From: Promethearchaeia archaeon
GTDB taxonomy: Archaea; Asgardarchaeota; Lokiarchaeia; Sigyniarchaeales; SOKP01
DNA: 32,000 bases
Direction of reading: 5' to 3'
Assembly (NCBI GenBank): GCA_029856155.1
Contig: JAHQWL010000070.1
Span: forward strand, 55,740-87,739
A program made the translations under genes and the position numbers. Below the pieces are notes generated by a model that did no database searches, was not told the origin of the DNA, and saw only the letters and a program-made list of their open reading frames with translations. Shown one piece after another: positions 27,383 to 32,000 of the stretch. How positions within the stretch are numbered: position 1 is the stretch's first letter; each line of letters starts with the position of its first letter.

Positions 27383-28112
27383 TAGCCTTAATTTTAGCGA
27401 TGTAAGATCCTAGTTTCCTTTCATCAGACTCCGGAACAGCAAGAGCTAAGACTCTGTTTTCATCTAAATCATGTATTATGACGGAACCATTCTCTCCTCC
27501 AATAATACAGTACTCCATATGACTTTCTAATAATACGCCAGATAAATTATATAATGCAGCTACCATAGCTGAAAGAATTGGTTCGGGCATTGTTGATTGT
27601 ATCTTAATTGGTAATCCGTCTTTAGTAATAATTGCTAAAACGAGAGTATTTGGTATCGCTCTTTTCAAACCTTTAAATATTTCTTCTTTAAGAATATCTG
27701 ATGTCTCTGCAATAGCGGTTATTTGTAGGCTTAATTTTTGTAGTCTATTTATAAATGAATCTAATCCTTCAAGTTCAGCTAATTCTCGATTTAAATAAGT
27801 AATCATAGTAATATTTTCTGTTAAAATTGAAAGGACAATTTTTTCCTTAGAAAAAATTAAATTATAAGAAACGTCTTGATTTAATGAATCTCTTAACATT
27901 TTAGATGAAAGGAATACAAGTGAGCTATTTGCTGCTGTAATTTCACCCGTTGTCATTTTAATTTCTTCTTTTTTGAATTTGCTTGCTATTTTTGTTCCCT
28001 CGGCGGTTCCAACATTGATACCCAGAATAGCTGGTGCTGAATCAAGCTCTTTTTCTATTAGTTCAGATACATCTGATTCTAATTCTTCGATTATTTTTTC
28101 TTGCTTTTCCAT
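27372..28112 (-). CDS. Tandem Roadblock/LC7 (MglB-like) domain protein
   Basis: 246-aa ORF. The second half, TLVLAIITKDGLPIKIQSTMPEPILSAMVAALYNLSGVLL...GSVIIHDLDENRVLALAV, is a good Roadblock/LC7 pattern. The first half, ILGINVGTAEGTKIASKF...ITAANSSLVFLSSKML...IVLSILTENITMITYL, looks like a more divergent copy. Confidence 0.65.
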   Translation of the reverse strand: MEKQEKIIEELESDVSELIEKELDSAPAILGINVGTAEGTKIASKFKKEEIKMTTGEITAANSSLVFLSSKMLRDSLNQDVSYNLIFSKEKIVLSILTENITMITYLNRELAELEGLDSFINRLQKLSLQITAIAETSDILKEEIFKGLKRAIPNTLVLAIITKDGLPIKIQSTMPEPILSAMVAALYNLSGVLLESHMEYCIIGGENGSVIIHDLDENRVLALAVPESDERKLGSYIAKIKAIIQ

Positions 28113-28373
28113 GGAAGAATATTGTATATCTGAAAATAAAAAGATATTCTAATTATTTAATAATAATAATAAAAAAATATGAATTAGTACCCCTAGAATG
28201 CTTAAAAAATGAAGATGAAATCAAGTATTTATATAATTAAATTAACAGATGATTATAGTACAAGATAAAGACCACTTTCTTATCGAATTATAAAAGAATT
28301 AGTAATAATAACTTTTTAAATTTTAATCATTATAGTAAAAATTATAAATAAATAATATTGTGATCTTGTTATA

Positions 28374-29174
28374 ATGGATTACGAAATAAAAAAACAATTA
28401 GAGACTAAGGATAATCTTATAAAATTAAAAGATGAACAAGTAAAAACTCTTGAAAATTCTTTACAGTTAAAAGATGAGCAAATCAAAACTCTTGAGAAGA
28501 CAATAAAAACTAAGGACGAAGAAACTAAAACTTTAGAAAAAACTGTCGCATTAAAAGAAGAAGAAATTAAAAAATTAAGTTCTTCTGCCATTGATCCAAA
28601 TTTTTTAAAAGATAAAGATGATACAATTATTCAGCTTCAGAAAGAGATTGAAATATTAAATGATGAATTAGCTAAAGCGGATGAAGATTTAGAAGGTTTA
28701 GAATTAGAAAATGAGAAACTAAAAAATGCTCAAACTAGTTCTAAAGAAGTAAAAATCATAGATTTTACAAATACTCAGATTAAAAAATCTGAAATTCTAG
28801 AAAAAATGAAAACTTTGTTAGAAAATGCTATAGCGAATGTTACCATTGTTGTTCCTAGTATTGAAGATTTGCAGGAACTCTGTTTATATGAACTTAGATC
28901 TTCTGTTAGTATGAAGATTGCTTGTTCAATTAATCCCGGAATTGAGGAGCATAATGAACTTCTGGAAGAATTTGAAAGTTTAGATAACATTTCCCTTAGA
29001 AATTACGAAAGAAAAGATAGATATGTCATAACTAGGGATGGAGAGGAATTACTTTTTGCTGCAATTGGTAACTCTGATGAGAATAATCTCGTATTCCATA
29101 CAAGAGACCCAAAACATATCACTTTATTCAGTTCTTTAGCCACTGATGGCTGGATCCAGAGTAGAAAAGTATAG
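28374..29174 (+). CDS. Coiled-coil protein with 14-aa tandem repeats and an uncharacterised C-terminal globular domain
   Basis: 266-aa ORF. The N-terminal roughly 130 aa are coiled coil and include the KDEQ[VI]KTLE repeats. The C-terminal roughly 120 aa (NVTIVVPSIEDLQELCLYELRSSVSMKIACSINP...RYVITRDGEELLFAAIG...LVFHTRDPKHITLF) look globular, with no confident family. Confidence 0.5.
   Translation: MDYEIKKQLETKDNLIKLKDEQVKTLENSLQLKDEQIKTLEKTIKTKDEETKTLEKTVALKEEEIKKLSSSAIDPNFLKDKDDTIIQLQKEIEILNDELAKADEDLEGLELENEKLKNAQTSSKEVKIIDFTNTQIKKSEILEKMKTLLENAIANVTIVVPSIEDLQELCLYELRSSVSMKIACSINPGIEEHNELLEEFESLDNISLRNYERKDRYVITRDGEELLFAAIGNSDENNLVFHTRDPKHITLFSSLATDGWIQSRKV
28428..28577 (+). repeat. 42-nt (14-codon) tandem repeat, about 3.5 copies, inside the coiled-coil CDS
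   Basis: The peptide units KDEQVKTLENSLQL / KDEQIKTLEKTIKT / KDEETKTLEKTVAL / KEEEIKKL are encoded by similar 42-nt DNA units (aaagatgaacaagtaaaaactcttgaaaa... / aaagatgagcaaatcaaaactcttgagaa...). Confidence 0.7.
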
Positions 29175-29177
29175 AAT

Positions 29178-29906
29178 TTAGAAGATCGGGCACTTCTCTT
29201 TTACACATTTATCATTAATGTGTGAAAAACAACACCTTTGAAAGGTGTAACTTAAATCTATATTAAACTTTTCTTTTAAGAATTTTAAGGTTTCGATGAT
29301 TGATAATCGAACGGACCTTTTACAACAATGTTCTAAATTATCGGCAATTTTATTTAATGATCGAGATGTTATTTGATTTGCTAATGTCCTTGGAAAATCT
29401 GTAGATGGTGTTGCTCCTGTAAAAATACTAATTGCTACACCCGAACCCATTCCAGCACCACACGAACCGTAAAAACCACACCACCCTCCTGGAATTTTAG
29501 AGGCTCTTCGTATTGCTTCTTTAATATCAAATAAATTTATCTCGTTTCCATCAGGTTTTTTTATATTGTTGTTTTTAAGAGCTGTTAAAATAACTGCGGG
29601 GGTTAAGACATGATGCTCTGGACCATAAAATTTGAATTTAGGATGCTTCATAATTAAGTCCGCTAATTCAAATGGATTTTTAATCTTTGTTTCCTCACAA
29701 ATTCTTTCAATAATTTCAATAGGGCCTTTGGAATGACAAGCATCGCAAATGTAATGCCCTTCTTCACAATAAATATTAGAATTAAATATATATCCACAAA
29801 ATTCACATTCAAGTTTTCTATAGTCTTCCTGTTTTGTTCCATAAATTAAACTTTTATGGCAAATCTCACACTTATCACTTTTTTTTTCAGACATTAATAA
29901 TCGCAA
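29178..29906 (-). CDS. Cys-rich putative metal-binding protein (family not confidently assigned)
   Basis: 242-aa ORF with N-terminal cysteine pairs CEICHKSL...CEFCGY...CDACH (Zn-ribbon-like) and a C-terminal GGWCGFYGSCGAGMGSGVAI Gly/Cys-rich motif plus CCKRS. It lies 9 nt upstream of the PHP phosphatase gene end on the same strand. Confidence 0.5.
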   Translation of the reverse strand: MRLLMSEKKSDKCEICHKSLIYGTKQEDYRKLECEFCGYIFNSNIYCEEGHYICDACHSKGPIEIIERICEETKIKNPFELADLIMKHPKFKFYGPEHHVLTPAVILTALKNNNIKKPDGNEINLFDIKEAIRRASKIPGGWCGFYGSCGAGMGSGVAISIFTGATPSTDFPRTLANQITSRSLNKIADNLEHCCKRSVRLSIIETLKFLKEKFNIDLSYTFQRCCFSHINDKCVKEKCPIF

Positions 29907-29915
29907 CCTTAATTT

Positions 29916-30779
29916 TTACGTTATTTCTATAAATGCTCTTTTTCTTTTGTAAAAATGAGCTAACTTAGTATAACCTATCTTGCTTACCAATTTTATTATT
30001 TTATTAAATTTATAACCTAAATCATTAGGATGATGAGCATCTGACCCTAAGAGAATTGGAATATCTAATTCATACATTTTTTCAATAATTTCAAAACTAG
30101 GGTATTGTTCTTTTATTTCTTTTCTTAATCCCCCTGTATTAATTTCAATTGTTAAATCTCTCCTTTTAATAAGCTCAAGAGTTTTAATTACTTCATTCAT
30201 AACCAATTCTTTGTCTATTGCTCTTTTTTTATATTTTTTTGGTAAATCAAAATGACTTACAACGTCAAAGTCAAATTCTTCTGAGTTGATCATATCCTGT
30301 AATTTATGATAATATTCCAGGTAGATATTATCAATACTTTCGTATTCTTTATACATACTTAAAAATCTTCTATCATCAACAGCAAATAATTTTGATTTTC
30401 CATGTAATATATGAACAGAACCTAAGATATAATCTAAATTATTCAATCTATTCTTAATCTGTAAATTTAAAAAACTCTCTTGACTTTTAAAATAATCGAC
30501 CTCAAATGCTACTCTTAATTGAATTTTATTTTTATATATCTCCTTTAATTTTTGTATAGAGGAGAGGTATAAATCAACTTCATTTAAGCTCATAGCATAT
30601 TCTTGATATGGAACTTCTTCTATTAAGATAGAACTGCTCTTAAGATATTCATATGGGAAATGATCACTAATTCCAATAAGATCTAACTTCTTATCGATTG
30701 CTTTTTTAATATAATCCTCAATCGAGCCAACTGCGTGATGGCACATTTGATTGTGAGTATGATAATCTTCTAAAACCAT
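29916..30779 (-). CDS. PHP-domain histidinol-phosphatase family protein (HisJ-like)
   Basis: 287-aa ORF with N-terminal DYHTHNQMCHHAVGS (HxH plus His), GISDHFP, a mid-protein GSVHIL and C-terminal GSDAHHPNDLG. This is the PHP metal-ligand pattern of HisJ-type phosphatases. Confidence 0.8.
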   Translation of the reverse strand: MVLEDYHTHNQMCHHAVGSIEDYIKKAIDKKLDLIGISDHFPYEYLKSSSILIEEVPYQEYAMSLNEVDLYLSSIQKLKEIYKNKIQLRVAFEVDYFKSQESFLNLQIKNRLNNLDYILGSVHILHGKSKLFAVDDRRFLSMYKEYESIDNIYLEYYHKLQDMINSEEFDFDVVSHFDLPKKYKKRAIDKELVMNEVIKTLELIKRRDLTIEINTGGLRKEIKEQYPSFEIIEKMYELDIPILLGSDAHHPNDLGYKFNKIIKLVSKIGYTKLAHFYKRKRAFIEIT

Positions 30780-30845
30780 CTTGTATTTATTAAATAATAT
30801 AAATTAGATAAAATTAATCATAACTAAATATAAGCTGATTAGTTT

Positions 30846-31655
30846 TTGGAATTTAAAAACAAAATATTTGACGGTGAATATGAAGTATCTGAAGTTCAAA
30901 TTAATAATGAAGGGCAAATCTTTCGAGGATTATTATATTTTCCCGCAGAAAGATTTAAAAAACCTTATCCATTAGTGATATATTTCCATGGATTTCCAGA
31001 GTTATTCACATTAACAGAGATTGTAAGAAAGTATAAATATATTTTAGATTTGGGTTATTCCCTTCTTATTTTTAATTTTCGAGGATATCGAATTAGTGAG
31101 GGCTCCATTTCAATTGGTTCTCAAATCTCTGATAGTTTAAAAATGCTTGAATTCGTAGAAATAATGGCAAAAAACAAAATTTTCAATGTTAATAATATTA
31201 ATATATTAGGTTATGATTTTGGAGCATATATAGCTTTAATGCTATGTTCTAGAATTAACACTATAAATAAATTGATAATTGTCAGTCCGATTCTAGATTT
31301 AAAAAAACATGTTAATAGCATAGACTTTCCGAGAGCATTGAGTTATATTAATAGATTTCTTCCAGGTTATATCAGAGGAATTGAAAATATTGAAAAATTT
31401 ATTGAAACTACAAAAGAAGAGTTAAATAATGATCAATTTCAGATAGAGAAATTTATAAATCAGTTGAAGATAAAAAAGTTAAAAATAGTTATCGGAGAAA
31501 TTGATAATCTCACACCAATTTCAGAAGTTAAAAAGGTCTTTCAAAAAACAAATGTTAGATATGAACTTTCAATCATTGACAACATGGATCATGAATGTGG
31601 GGATGAGGCGGAATTAGAAAACTTGAATAAAGAGATATTGAAATATTATATATAA
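30846..31655 (+). CDS. Alpha/beta-fold hydrolase with Asp at the nucleophile elbow (TTG start as given by the ORF track)
   Basis: 269-aa ORF with VIYFHGFPE (oxyanion region), nucleophile elbow LGYDFGAYIAL, a later GEIDNLTP (acid) and DNMDHE (His). Confidence 0.7.
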   Translation: MEFKNKIFDGEYEVSEVQINNEGQIFRGLLYFPAERFKKPYPLVIYFHGFPELFTLTEIVRKYKYILDLGYSLLIFNFRGYRISEGSISIGSQISDSLKMLEFVEIMAKNKIFNVNNINILGYDFGAYIALMLCSRINTINKLIIVSPILDLKKHVNSIDFPRALSYINRFLPGYIRGIENIEKFIETTKEELNNDQFQIEKFINQLKIKKLKIVIGEIDNLTPISEVKKVFQKTNVRYELSIIDNMDHECGDEAELENLNKEILKYYI

Positions 31656-31697
31656 ACACATATTCTTTTGAGGGAATTAAATTTGACGAAATATCAT

Positions 31698-32000
31698 ATG
31701 AGAAAAGTTGAAAAAGAAATCAAAAATAAGAAAAACTTAATAGAAATATTAAGGGGTGGAAAGTTTACAACCATTTCAATGTGCAAGGAAAATGAACCCT
31801 ATATAATAACATTAAGTTATGGTTATGACGAATCTAAACATGCTCTATATTTTCATTGCGCAAAAGAAGGGCAAAAAATTGATTTTATACAAGCTAATCC
31901 TTATGTGTGTGGTACTATTATAGAAGATAATGGTTATAAAGATGGATGTGGACAGACATTCCGATCTATTATATTTAGGGGTAAGATAGTGATTATTGAA
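31698..32000 (+). CDS. Pyridoxamine 5'-phosphate oxidase-like (FMN-binding split-barrel) family protein, 3' end beyond window
   Basis: My translation from ATG 31698 is MRKVEKEIKNKKNLIEILRGGKFTTISMCKENEPYIITLSYGYDESKHALYFHCAKEGQKIDFIQANPYVCGTIIEDNGY... This matches the general PNPOx/NimA-like pattern (PY..PL.y......lYFH.a..G.K...i..NP.Vc). The frame is open to the window end. Confidence 0.65.
   Translation, partial: MRKVEKEIKNKKNLIEILRGGKFTTISMCKENEPYIITLSYGYDESKHALYFHCAKEGQKIDFIQANPYVCGTIIEDNGYKDGCGQTFRSIIFRGKIVIIE

Noticed and set aside
28034-28240. 68-aa plus-strand ORF
   Set aside because: It overlaps the 5' end of the Roadblock gene in antisense and extends into AT-rich intergenic DNA. 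It is not credible as a gene.
28428-28577. Regular 42-nt direct repeats that might be mistaken for a CRISPR-like array
   Set aside because: The units are contiguous with no spacers. They are in frame and encode a coiled-coil heptad pattern within a continuous ORF.
28379-28990. Two minus-strand ORFs (28379-28591, 28775-28990)
   Set aside because: Both are antisense to the coiled-coil protein gene, including its tandem repeat.
1-32000. Mobile elements, prophage or integrative-island boundaries
   Set aside because: I recognised no integrase, transposase or terminal inverted or direct repeats flanking a block, and no tRNA attachment site.

Overview
Visibly AT-rich (not computed), gene-dense archaeal chromosome segment. 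Archaeal origin rests on a TFIIB-type transcription factor B (5557-6474), a proteasome-activating nucleotidase running off the left edge (1-1179, minus strand) and GAGGTGA-type ribosome-binding sites. Eukaryote-like JAMM/MPN+ and Roadblock/LC7 genes and long K/N/I-rich proteins make an Asgard (Loki-type) archaeon a reasonable but unverified guess. I call 27 protein-coding loci, one of them frameshifted. I saw no rRNA, tRNA, CRISPR array, transposase or integrase. The flanks are ordinary housekeeping and metal-homeostasis genes: MobA, TFB, a beta-CASP nuclease, IscU, a nitroreductase, CopA, an MFS transporter, a PHP phosphatase and a hydrolase. The stand-out is the block at about 15.9-29.2 kb. 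It holds three paralogous JAMM/MPN+ metalloproteases, each with an intact E...HxHx7Sx2D site and a long coiled-coil tail, arranged around a divergent promoter. With them are a Zn-ribbon protein, a ChlI/ChlD-type AAA+-vWA protein, an ATP-grasp ligase and a tandem-Roadblock protein, flanked by a polytopic membrane protein with tandem winged-helix-like modules. No ubiquitin-like, E1 or E2 gene is present. I propose this block as a candidate uncharacterised MPN-vWA protein-conjugate editing system; this is inference, not demonstrated. Secondary observations: a Cys-rich module occurs both fused to the CopA C-terminus and as the next free-standing gene. A beta-CASP nuclease carries a duplicated non-KH N-terminal domain. 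A methyltransferase is fused to a Ddl-like ATP-grasp next to PAN. There is a roughly 0.8-1 kb non-coding stretch with an acidic Trp-rich micro-ORF behind an A10 run. A UPF0316-type gene is frameshifted. iscU probably uses a non-ATG start.
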